Source of the DNA: an uncultured Rhizobium sp.
GTDB taxonomy: Bacteria; Pseudomonadota; Alphaproteobacteria; Rickettsiales; UBA1997
NCBI GenBank assembly: GCA_964506725.1
Contig: CAZDLU010000001.1
Coordinates: forward strand, 45,955-109,954
Reading direction: 5' to 3'
Length of the DNA: 64,000 nt
Positions within the stretch are counted from its first letter, which is position 1. Each line of letters starts with the position of its first letter. The notes under the pieces are model-generated. The model made no database searches. It was not told where the DNA came from and saw nothing but the letters and a program-made list of their open reading frames with translations. The position numbers and the translations under genes are program-made. Of the stretch, positions 27,430 through 35,242 are shown in pieces.

Positions 27430-27512
27430 CTCGATGTCATCCTGAGCATGTCGAAGGATGATTCATGCCCGAATCTAGAATCATTCTTCGACATGCTCAG
27501 GATGACATCGAG
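27430..27512. repeat. palindromic element, family A variant (copy A5)
   Basis: ctcgatgtcatcctgagcatgtcgaaggatgattc .. gaatcattcttcgacatgctcaggatgacatcgag. Lies between engB and hslU. Confidence 0.9.
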
Positions 27513-27624
27513 TCGGTGGTTCAAGATTACATTGAGTGGCTTAAGATGATATTGATTTTAGCACTGGAAATTTTCAAGTAGCGTTATTACATTAAAACAA
27601 CTTGCAAAATTTTTACTAAATTAA

Positions 27625-28992
27625 ATGTCAAAAAATTCTAAAAAAACCGCTAAAATTATGGAAACACCAGTGGCAAAATCCCATTTCGATCTTACTCCCA
27701 AACAGATTGTTGAAGAATTAAATCGCTACATTATCGGACAAAATGAGGCGAAGAAAGCTGTCTCAATTGCGCTACGCAATCGTTATCGACGTAAGCTGGT
27801 TGAAAGCCCGCTGCGTGAAGAAATTGTGCCGAAAAATATTTTGATGATTGGGCCGACCGGTGTTGGAAAAACTGAAGTGGCACGCCGTTTGGCGAAGCTT
27901 GCTAACGCTCCGTTTATCAAGGTTGAGGCGACAAAATTTACCGAAGTTGGTTATGTGGGGCGCGACGTTGATTCGATAATCCGCGATTTGATGGAAGTGG
28001 CGATTAAATCGATTAAAAGTGAGATGAAAAAAGGTGTGGCGGAAAAAGCTGAAAAATATGCTAAAAAGCGCATTTTAAAAGCTTTGGTTGGAGAAAATGC
28101 TTTGGATGAAACTAAAGAAAAATTTTCGCAAATGCTGGAAAAAGGCGAGCTTAACGATCGTGAAATTGAAATCGAAATAATTGACGGCGGCGGGGCTATG
28201 ACTTCTAGTTTCGATATTCCGGGCGGACAAGTTGGCATGATAAATATCGGCGAAATGATAGGGCGTGCGATGGGTGGTGAAAAAACTAAAAAAGCTAAAA
28301 TGACGGTCGCCGATGCTCTTAAAACCTTAGTTGATGAAGAATCGGGAAAAATGATTGATGAAGATAAGGTTGTTAAAGAAGCGCTTAAGTCTGTTGAAAA
28401 TGACGGGATAGTTTTCATTGACGAGATTGATAAAATCTGCGCGCGTTCCGGTTTGAAAGGTGGCGATGTTAGTCGTGAAGGCGTGCAGCGCGATTTGTTG
28501 CCGATCGTTGAGGGCAGTGCGATTACAACAAAATACGGTATTGTAAAAACCGATCATATTTTATTTATTGCTTCAGGTGCTTTCCATGTGGCAAAACCTG
28601 CCGATTTATTGCCGGAATTACAAGGTCGTTTTCCGATTCGTGTTCAATTAAAACCGCTTTCTGAAGAGGATTTGGTAAGAATTTTAACTGAGCCGGAATC
28701 TAGTCTCATAAGGCAATATAAGGCATTGCTTGCGGTTGAAAATGTTAAATTGGATTTTGTTGAAAGTGGCATCAAACAAATTGCCAAAATTGCCAATCGC
28801 ATTAATGGTGAGGTTGAAAACATAGGCGCGCGTAGGCTTCACACTATGATGGAAAAAATTTTGGAAGATGTCAGTTTTGAAGCGTCTGATTTGAAAAACG
28901 GTACCGAAGTTAAGGTCGATGATAAATATGTCGATCAACACTTGGGCGAGTTGGCTTCTGGTAAAACTGATTTGTCGAAGTTTATACTATAA
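27625..28992 (+). CDS. hslU: ATP-dependent protease ATPase subunit HslU
   Basis: 455 aa. ..[16 protein letters not shown].., Walker [10 protein letters not shown], Walker B ..[10 protein letters not shown].., ..LQGRFPIRV.. Confidence 0.95.
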   Translation: MSKNSKKTAKIMETPVAKSHFDLTPKQIVEELNRYIIGQNEAKKAVSIALRNRYRRKLVESPLREEIVPKNILMIGPTGVGKTEVARRLAKLANAPFIKVEATKFTEVGYVGRDVDSIIRDLMEVAIKSIKSEMKKGVAEKAEKYAKKRILKALVGENALDETKEKFSQMLEKGELNDREIEIEIIDGGGAMTSSFDIPGGQVGMINIGEMIGRAMGGEKTKKAKMTVADALKTLVDEESGKMIDEDKVVKEALKSVENDGIVFIDEIDKICARSGLKGGDVSREGVQRDLLPIVEGSAITTKYGIVKTDHILFIASGAFHVAKPADLLPELQGRFPIRVQLKPLSEEDLVRILTEPESSLIRQYKALLAVENVKLDFVESGIKQIAKIANRINGEVENIGARRLHTMMEKILEDVSFEASDLKNGTEVKVDDKYVDQHLGELASGKTDLSKFIL

Positions 28993-28996
28993 AGAA

Positions 28997-29039
28997 AGTG
29001 CTTAAGTCATTTCGCGCTGCGCGCTGGGGCTTAAGCACT
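28997..29039. repeat. palindromic element, family B (short copy B1)
   Basis: agtgcttaagtcatttcgcgctgcgcgctggggcttaagcact. Begins 5 nt after the hslU stop and lies inside the false 5' extension of purB. Confidence 0.8.
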
Positions 29040-29060
29040 CAAGTACTTTTATTAAATCTT

Positions 29061-30377
29061 ATGATTCCTCGTTACTCTCGACCGGAAATGGTCAAAATCT
29101 GGTCGCAAGAAAATAAATATCAAATCTGGTTTGATATTGAAATTTATGCTCTTGAAGCTTTAGAAAAATTAAAAATTGCTCCGGAAGGAACGGCCGAGCG
29201 GATTCGTGGCAATTTTGAAAAAGCCGGCGGCGCGTTTAATTCTGATAGAATTGACGAAATTGAAAGCGTAACGAAGCATGATGTGATTGCTTTCTTGACG
29301 CATTTGGCAGAATTAGTTGGTGAAAATTCGCGCTTCATTCATTACGGAATGACCAGTTCTGATGTGCTTGATACTTGCCTTTCGGTTCAACTCGCGCAAG
29401 CTTCCGACATATTAATTGCGGATTTGGAAAAGCTTTTAGCGGCGATAAAAAAACGTGCTTTTGAATATAAAGACACAGTTTGCACAGGCCGCTCGCACGG
29501 CATTCACGCTGAGCCTGTGACGTTTGGTTTGAAGCTTGCAAGATTTTACGCCGAGTTTGAAAGAAATTTAAAACGCCTAAAAAGTGCTAAAAAAGAAATT
29601 GCGGTTTGTGCCATATCCGGCGCGGTTGGAACCTTTGCCAATGTTGATCCGTTTGTGCAAAAATATGTGGCGGAAAAATTGGGATTAGAAGAAGAGGGCG
29701 TTTCAAGTCAAGTAATTCCAAGAGATCGTCACGCTGCGTTCTTTGCTGCTCTAGGCGTGATTGCTTCTTCAATTGAAAATTTCGCTGTTGAAATTCGTCA
29801 TTTACAAAGAACGGAAGTTTTGGAAGTTGAAGAGTTTTTTGCAAAAGGTCAAAAGGGAAGTTCGGCTATGCCGCATAAACGTAATCCGGTGTTGAGTGAA
29901 AATTTGACAGGCCTTGCGCGCATTGTGCGCAGCGCGGTTACACCGGCTTTAGAAAATGTGGCACTTTGGCACGAACGCGATATTTCGCATTCTTCGGTTG
30001 AAAGAATGATTGCTCCGGATGCTACCGTGACGCTTGATTTTGCGCTTGCTCGACTTGCGGGGCTTGTGGAAAATATGTTGGTTTATCCGGAAAACATGAA
30101 GAAAAATTTAGAAAAATTAAACGGCCTAGTTTTTTCGCAGCGCGTTTTGTTAACTTTGATCGAAGAAGCCAAAATATCGCGCGAAGACGCTTACCGCATA
30201 GTTCAAAGCAATGCCATGAAAGTTTGGAAAGACGGTTTTAGTTTTTTAGATTTGTTAAAAAATGATCCGGAAGTTCAAGGAAAAATTTCCGAAAAAACTT
30301 TGGAAGAAATTTTTGATTTGAATTACCATACGAAAAATATCGATCATATTTTTAAGCAAGTTTTTAAAAATTTATGA
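29061..30377 (+). CDS. purB: adenylosuccinate lyase
   Basis: The true start is likely ATG 29061 (MIPRYSRPEM..); the tracked start at 28998 lies inside a palindromic element. Fumarate-lyase signature GSSAMPHKRNP. Confidence 0.95.
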   Translation: MIPRYSRPEMVKIWSQENKYQIWFDIEIYALEALEKLKIAPEGTAERIRGNFEKAGGAFNSDRIDEIESVTKHDVIAFLTHLAELVGENSRFIHYGMTSSDVLDTCLSVQLAQASDILIADLEKLLAAIKKRAFEYKDTVCTGRSHGIHAEPVTFGLKLARFYAEFERNLKRLKSAKKEIAVCAISGAVGTFANVDPFVQKYVAEKLGLEEEGVSSQVIPRDRHAAFFAALGVIASSIENFAVEIRHLQRTEVLEVEEFFAKGQKGSSAMPHKRNPVLSENLTGLARIVRSAVTPALENVALWHERDISHSSVERMIAPDATVTLDFALARLAGLVENMLVYPENMKKNLEKLNGLVFSQRVLLTLIEEAKISREDAYRIVQSNAMKVWKDGFSFLDLLKNDPEVQGKISEKTLEEIFDLNYHTKNIDHIFKQVFKNL

Positions 30378-30799
30378 AATTAAATTTTGATTATTTAGAA
30401 CGCTGTAATCTTACTCTTGAGCGCTCACTTGAAAGTTTGGTAAAAACAACAAAAGGCACAATAGATTACGAAGTTTCGCGTAATGCCGTAGTAAAAAGTT
30501 TTGAATTAACTTTAGAAACTGTCGGAAAAATTCTGCGCAAGATTTTGAAATTTTATATGGCGTCACCAAAAGAAGTTGATGCTTTGGTTTACAAGGATGT
30601 GTTACGCCATGCGGCACTCCGCGGTCTAATGACCAATGAAGAATTAGAACGCTGGTTGCAATATCGTGATAATAGAAATTCAACGGCCCATGATTATGGT
30701 GAAGAATTTGCGGAAAATACTTTGGAATTAATTATTGATTTTCAGAAAGATGTTACAAAATTACATCAGCAATTAGTAAAGAAATATGAGCAAAAATAA
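30374..30799 (+). CDS. HI0074-family nucleotidyltransferase substrate-binding (HEPN-like) protein
   Basis: 141 aa, helical. R-x4-H motif in ..YRDNRNSTAHDYGEE... ATGA overlap with the purB stop. Paired with the downstream minimal nucleotidyltransferase. Confidence 0.75.
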   Translation: MKLNFDYLERCNLTLERSLESLVKTTKGTIDYEVSRNAVVKSFELTLETVGKILRKILKFYMASPKEVDALVYKDVLRHAALRGLMTNEELERWLQYRDNRNSTAHDYGEEFAENTLELIIDFQKDVTKLHQQLVKKYEQK

Positions 30800-31109
30800 T
30801 CTTCAATTACGAAGTGAACATTTGCAAATGCTGCGCAAAATTTTGATGTCGTACGTGCCTGATGCCGAAGTGTTTGCTTATGGAAGTCGTGTTAACGGGG
30901 ATGCTCACGATGCTAGTGATCTTGATATTGTTATTCGTAATCCAAAAAATCTTTTGCAAAAACAAACTTCGGCAATTGCTGATTTACGCGCGGCGCTAAG
31001 CGAGAGTAATCTTCCTTTGCTTGTTGATGTTCATGATTGGGCGGCGCTGCCCGAAGAATTTCATAAAAATATTTCTGAAAAATATTTTGTTATTCAGACC
31101 GCTAAATGA
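30786..31109 (+). CDS. minimal nucleotidyltransferase (MNT, HI0073-like)
   Basis: 107 aa. GS-x10-DxD motif (AYGSRVNGDAHDASDLDIVI). Overlaps both neighbours (14 nt upstream, ATGA downstream). Confidence 0.8.
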   Translation: MSKNNLQLRSEHLQMLRKILMSYVPDAEVFAYGSRVNGDAHDASDLDIVIRNPKNLLQKQTSAIADLRAALSESNLPLLVDVHDWAALPEEFHKNISEKYFVIQTAK

Positions 31110-32284
31110 AATTTTTTGATGCCATAATAATCGGTGCCGGGGCGGCAGGCTTGATGTGTGCGGCTATTGCGAGCTCGCGCGGGAAAAAAATTTTGCTTCT
31201 TGATCACGCTAAATCTGCCGGAGAAAAAATTCGCATTTCGGGTGGTGGTAGATGTAATTTTACTAACATTCATACCTCTCCGAAAAATTTCATTTCTAAC
31301 AATCCGCATTTTTGTGTTTCGGCGCTTAAGCGCTACAGCCCCAACGATTTCATTGCCTTAGTTAAAAAACATAATATTGCCTTTCACGAAAAAACTTTGG
31401 GGCAATTATTTTGTGATGGCTCGGCGAAGCAGATAATTACTATGTTGCTTAATGAATGCAAAAAAGAAAATTTTGAATTACAACTTGAAACCAAGGTAAA
31501 TAAAATTACTAAAACCGTAGATGGGTTTGAAATTGTAACAAGTCGTGAGACCTTGAGCTGTAAGTCTCTGGTGATTGCTACAGGTGGGCCTTCAATTCCG
31601 AAAATGGGCGCAAGCGGTTTTGGTTATGAAGTGGCTAAACAATTTGGTTTAAAAATTATTGAACCGCGCCCGGGTCTTGTGCCGCTTACTTTTGATGATA
31701 AATTGCTTGCAAAAACAAAATCTCTTGCCGGAGTTGCGCTTGATGCAATTGTAACTTACAAAAAAATAAAATTTCATGAAGCGGTTTTGTTCACACACCG
31801 CGGAATCAGTGGCCCGGCGATATTGCAAATTTCTTCTTACTTGGAAAAAAACGAAAAAATAGAAATAAATTTTGCACCAAAAAAAGATGTTTTTTTATGG
31901 CTTGTTGAAGAAAAAAAATTGCAAGCAAAGCAAGAAATTCAAAATGTTTTAGCAAAAATTTTACCGCGCAGTTTTGTAAATTTTGTTTTAGAAGAAATCG
32001 GTCATCGTGGATTTTTAGCGGATATGTCGAACCAAAAATTAAAAGAAATCGGAGATTTTATAAACGAATGGAGCTTTGTTCCAAGCGGATCGGAAGGTTT
32101 CGCTAAAGCTGAAGTTACAATCAACGGAATTGACACCGATGAAATTTCCTCGAAAAGTTTTGAATGTAAAAAAATAAAAGGATTGTTTTTTATCGGCGAA
32201 GTTTTAGATGTGACCGGCTGGCTTGGCGGCTATAATTTTCAATGGGCTTGGGCTTCCGGTAATGCCGCCGGACAATATATTTAA
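31106..32284 (+). CDS. NAD(P)/FAD-dependent oxidoreductase, HI0933/BaiN family
   Basis: 392 aa. GAGAAGLMCA dinucleotide fold, ..RISGGGRCNFTN.., C-terminal ..GEVLDVTGWLGGYNFQWAWASG.. typical of this family. Confidence 0.8.
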   Translation: MKFFDAIIIGAGAAGLMCAAIASSRGKKILLLDHAKSAGEKIRISGGGRCNFTNIHTSPKNFISNNPHFCVSALKRYSPNDFIALVKKHNIAFHEKTLGQLFCDGSAKQIITMLLNECKKENFELQLETKVNKITKTVDGFEIVTSRETLSCKSLVIATGGPSIPKMGASGFGYEVAKQFGLKIIEPRPGLVPLTFDDKLLAKTKSLAGVALDAIVTYKKIKFHEAVLFTHRGISGPAILQISSYLEKNEKIEINFAPKKDVFLWLVEEKKLQAKQEIQNVLAKILPRSFVNFVLEEIGHRGFLADMSNQKLKEIGDFINEWSFVPSGSEGFAKAEVTINGIDTDEISSKSFECKKIKGLFFIGEVLDVTGWLGGYNFQWAWASGNAAGQYI

Positions 32285-32330
32285 ATATTGGATGACTGTG
32301 CCCACGAACAAGGTTGGAAGTGAGTAAGGG

Positions 32331-33314
32331 TTAGGCACCTTTTTTTAGCTTTTTCTTCAAATTTTTTCGCCATAATTTCAGCCTTTGCTTTAATGGTGGC
32401 GCAACTTGTGCTAAAGTTTTAGAATTAGGATCAAAAGCTTGTTTTGGTTTTTTATAATTCTTTTTGAAATGTTTTAAAGCCGCATCAAAAATATAAATCG
32501 GAATCCAGCTTAAATTCAAAGTATGACACCAAATCGGCTTGTTTGTGGATTCCTCAATGGCAAAAAACCTACCATCCGGATTCATATGAATAATTTGCAT
32601 ATCTTCACCAAGCGGTAATTTTGTCATTTTCATGCCGTCGGAAACGCAAATTACTTCACCAAAAAGTGAATCTTGAGCGTCCGGTTTATTTACCGGAAGT
32701 GCTTTAAATTTTACTTCTTTTTCATAAATTTCATAGGCCGTCATTTCATTGAAAGACCAAGGCCCCGTTTGGTTTGCAAGTTCAGATTTTATTTTTGTAA
32801 TATAATCTTTTCTTAAAAATAATTCGTTAATTTTTTTAACGTAACCGTCAATTACTTCCGGATTTCTAAAGAAGGCTTTGAAGCAGTTGCCGTGGCACTG
32901 CACGGTGCAATCGTAATCCTGATATTTATATTCCAAAGTTGATAAATCGGTGAAAACCATATTATCAGAATCAAAATGCCAAAATTCCTTGATGCCTTCT
33001 TTTTTTACAAAATTATAAAGAATAAACCATTTACGAAAAACGAATTTATTCCAATCTTCGCCATGCTTGAAAGCATCAAATTCCTTGGTTGCAATCAGTT
33101 CATAAACTTCGTCGAACCTTTTTAAATCATCGCCGAAATCATAATCTTTAAGCAAAAAATGTTTAAGACCATGTTTTTCCGCAACCGCTTTGTTTGAAGT
33201 ATCTCCCAGTAAAATTATGTCGCTGTCTGGATTAGAAAGTCGAGTTGATTGAAAAACGTAAGGCAGATATTTTGAATTGCCGTAGTGGCAGTAGATTATT
33301 GGATTATGTTTCAT
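32331..33314 (-). CDS. hypothetical protein, possible DXD-motif nucleotide-sugar transferase; strongly basic C-terminus
   Basis: 327-aa ORF. ..FRKWFILYNFVKKEGIKEFWHFDSDNMVF.. resembles the DXD region of GT-A-type transferases. C-terminal KQRLKLWRKNLKKKLKKGA. The function call is weak. Confidence 0.45.
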   Translation of the reverse strand: MKHNPIIYCHYGNSKYLPYVFQSTRLSNPDSDIILLGDTSNKAVAEKHGLKHFLLKDYDFGDDLKRFDEVYELIATKEFDAFKHGEDWNKFVFRKWFILYNFVKKEGIKEFWHFDSDNMVFTDLSTLEYKYQDYDCTVQCHGNCFKAFFRNPEVIDGYVKKINELFLRKDYITKIKSELANQTGPWSFNEMTAYEIYEKEVKFKALPVNKPDAQDSLFGEVICVSDGMKMTKLPLGEDMQIIHMNPDGRFFAIEESTNKPIWCHTLNLSWIPIYIFDAALKHFKKNYKKPKQAFDPNSKTLAQVAPPLKQRLKLWRKNLKKKLKKGA

Positions 33315-33420
33315 AGTTTTTAGGAGAATTGTGATGAGTTGAGATTTAGATTTTTGATGGGTTGAAAGTTGGAGTTTTATTTATGTTTTTGCTTCGCTGA
33401 ATCTATCAAAAAATTTTTTT

Positions 33421-33803
33421 CTGGCCTGCCAGGCGTAGCTTTAGCGAAGCCTGGTTGGGACGGCAGGATTACTGCGCAAGCGCAGTTGCAAGTCGTTAAG
33501 ATTTTTCTAAATTCACTTCGTTCATTAAGAAAAATTATAACTTGTTGTCGAACCTAAGGTTCGAACCTGCGAGTTTATAAAAAAATTTATATTCTTCTGG
33601 CCTGCCCGGTGTAGCTTTAGCGAAGCCTGGTTGGGACGGCAGGATTACTGCGCAAGCGCAGTTGCAAGTCGTTAAGATTTTTCTAAATTCACTTCGTTCA
33701 TTAAGAAAAATTATAACTTGTTGTCGAACCTAAGGTTCGAACCTGCGAGTTTATAAAAAAATTTATATTCTTCTGGCCTGCCCGGTGTAGCTTTAGCGAA
33801 GCC
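33421..33803. repeat. 176-bp tandem repeat (2 full units plus the start of a third) re-copying the 3' end and downstream flank of tRNA-Gln
   Basis: Units start at 33421, 33597 and 33773. Units 1 and 2 differ at 2 positions. Each carries tggttgggacggcaggatt, which is the last 19 nt of tRNA-Gln including CCA, read on the + strand. Each also carries a second T-arm fragment, ggttcgaacctgcg. Confidence 0.9.
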
Positions 33804-33878
33804 TGGTTGGGACGGCAGGATTCGAACCTGCGGGTGGCGGTACCAAAAACCGCTGCCTTACCACTTGGCTACGTCCCA
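33804..33878 (-). tRNA. tRNA-Gln (anticodon UUG), CCA encoded
   Basis: Reverse complement: TGGGACG TA GCC AAGTGGTAA GGC A GCGGT TTTTGGT ACCGC CACCC GCAGG TTCGAAT CCTGC CGTCCCA A CCA. This folds as a cloverleaf with a 7-nt anticodon loop, U33 and anticodon TTG. Confidence 0.9.
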
Positions 33879-33939
33879 GCAAAGTGAGCGAGGCATTGTA
33901 AAAGTGCGATTGTTGATTGTCAACAGTTTAGCTTTTAAC

Positions 33940-33968
33940 TTGACAAACGCCTCAAACTTCTATTAAAT
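33940..33968 (+). promoter_or_regulatory. candidate sigma70-type promoter for pntAB
   Basis: TTGACA at 33940-33945, followed 15-17 nt later by TATTAAAT (33961-33968), about 37 nt upstream of ATG 34005. Confidence 0.35.
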
Positions 33969-34004
33969 TTGTCCCATATTTTCCCCCAATAATTTTTAAA
34001 AATT

Positions 34005-34394
34005 ATGAGCAATATCCACGAAATCGTTGAGCTTTCTGATCAAATTAAACAAAACTCTGATTTATTAGTGCAAAAAGTTATCGAACTTAGTTATCTATCG
34101 GCAAATGGTGGCGGCGTAAGCCCATTTGTTTTTGGTTTAGCAGTTTTTATCTTGGCTTGTTTTGTTGGCTATTTTGTAGTTTGGAAGGTGACCCCGGCCT
34201 TACATACACCTTTGATGGCGGTTACTAATGCAATTTCCGGCGTAATTGTGGTTGGCGCAATTATTGCTCTTGGTTCAGCCAAAGATTTTACTTTTATTTC
34301 TTTCTTAAGTTTCGTTGCTATTGCCATTGCTTCGGTAAATATTTTTGGTGGTTTTCTGGTAACTTGGCGCATGCTTGAAATGTTCAAAAAATAA
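34005..34394 (+). CDS. pntAB: NAD(P) transhydrogenase subunit alpha part 2 (small membrane subunit of the split alpha)
   Basis: 129 aa, 3-4 TM. ..[24 protein letters not shown].. is the conserved PntAB core. Confidence 0.8.
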   Translation: MSNIHEIVELSDQIKQNSDLLVQKVIELSYLSANGGGVSPFVFGLAVFILACFVGYFVVWKVTPALHTPLMAVTNAISGVIVVGAIIALGSAKDFTFISFLSFVAIAIASVNIFGGFLVTWRMLEMFKK

Positions 34395-34395
34395 A

Positions 34396-35241
34396 ATGAA
34401 AAAAGCTTTCTCGCTTTTTGAAATGGCGATGGTGATTGTTGTCATCGCTCTTGTACTTTCTGCCATTGCGCAGACTGATAAATTCATTTTATACAGCTCG
34501 ATAAATTCAGCCCAATCGCTGACTAAAAGTTCTCCGGTACATTCGATTAGTGGTCTTGTGGCATGGTATGAAACTTCTTTAGATGAGAGTTTTATTAATT
34601 CGGAAGCTAAAATTAATGGCGCAATATCAACTTGGTACGATATTAATTTAAAGTCATCAACCAGCCATAATGCTACAGCCACTAGTACGGCCAAACCTAC
34701 CTATATTATAAATAACCAAGCGCGTTTGCCGATTTTAAAATTTAACGGCACCTCTAATGCTCTTAATTTGCCGGATGCTACCGTGCCTTATGGAAATTCA
34801 AGTTATTCAATATTTTTTGTTTCAAAGGCTTACACTTTGCATAATGGCGGCATATTGGGTTCTGGGCTTAGTTCAAATAATAGCTCCAATTCCTTTCGTT
34901 ATGCAAGTGATGGAACTTTATTAAATTATTGGTGGAGCGCTGATGTTTCAGCAAGCTCTTATACAGCAGGTCGGCTTTATGTTCTTTCTTTTATTTATGA
35001 TAATTCGGTAACCGGAAATAGAAAAATTTATATCAATGGCGTATCAAGTGCGGGTACTGATGGAGCTAGTGCGGCTCACGGCGGTAGAACCAATTTTAAT
35101 ACAATAGGAGTTACTAACGGTTCAGAGCTTCTAAACGGCGAAATCGGTGAAATAATTATTTTTGAACGTGCTTTAGATACAAATGAGAGAACGGCTGTGC
35201 AGAATTATTTGGCAAAAAAATGGAGTGTTAAGGTTTCTTAA
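34396..35241 (+). CDS. prepilin-type N-terminal domain protein with LamG/concanavalin-like C-terminal domain
   Basis: The likely start is ATG 34396 (MKKAFSLFEMAMVIVVIALVLSAIA), a pilin-like N-methylation-site pattern. The C-terminal ..LNGEIGEIIIFERALDTNERTAVQNYLAKKWSV.. is the typical end of LamG-domain proteins. Confidence 0.65.
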   Translation: MKKAFSLFEMAMVIVVIALVLSAIAQTDKFILYSSINSAQSLTKSSPVHSISGLVAWYETSLDESFINSEAKINGAISTWYDINLKSSTSHNATATSTAKPTYIINNQARLPILKFNGTSNALNLPDATVPYGNSSYSIFFVSKAYTLHNGGILGSGLSSNNSSNSFRYASDGTLLNYWWSADVSASSYTAGRLYVLSFIYDNSVTGNRKIYINGVSSAGTDGASAAHGGRTNFNTIGVTNGSELLNGEIGEIIIFERALDTNERTAVQNYLAKKWSVKVS

Positions 35242-35242
35242 A

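Noticed and set aside
27513-27624. Sigma-32 heat-shock promoters upstream of hslU, and of hslV at 12193-12260.
   Set aside because: cttgcaaa (hslU) and cttgtatt (hslV) loosely resemble the CTTGAAA -35 box. Neither is followed by a CCCCAT-like -10 at the right spacing, which is too weak to call.
32285-33420. An integrase, prophage or genomic island attached to tRNA-Gln.
   Set aside because: I recognised no integrase, phage or conjugation genes on either side of the tRNA. I also found no convincing distal copy of the tRNA 3' fragment beyond the tandem array; ggttgga near 32310 is only a 6-7-nt match. Only the att-like repeats are reported.
33369-33557. A 62-aa ORF inside the tRNA-Gln-associated tandem repeat.
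   Set aside because: It is composed entirely of repeat sequence, including a tRNA 3' fragment. The equivalent frame is closed in the next repeat unit, so it is not a credible gene.
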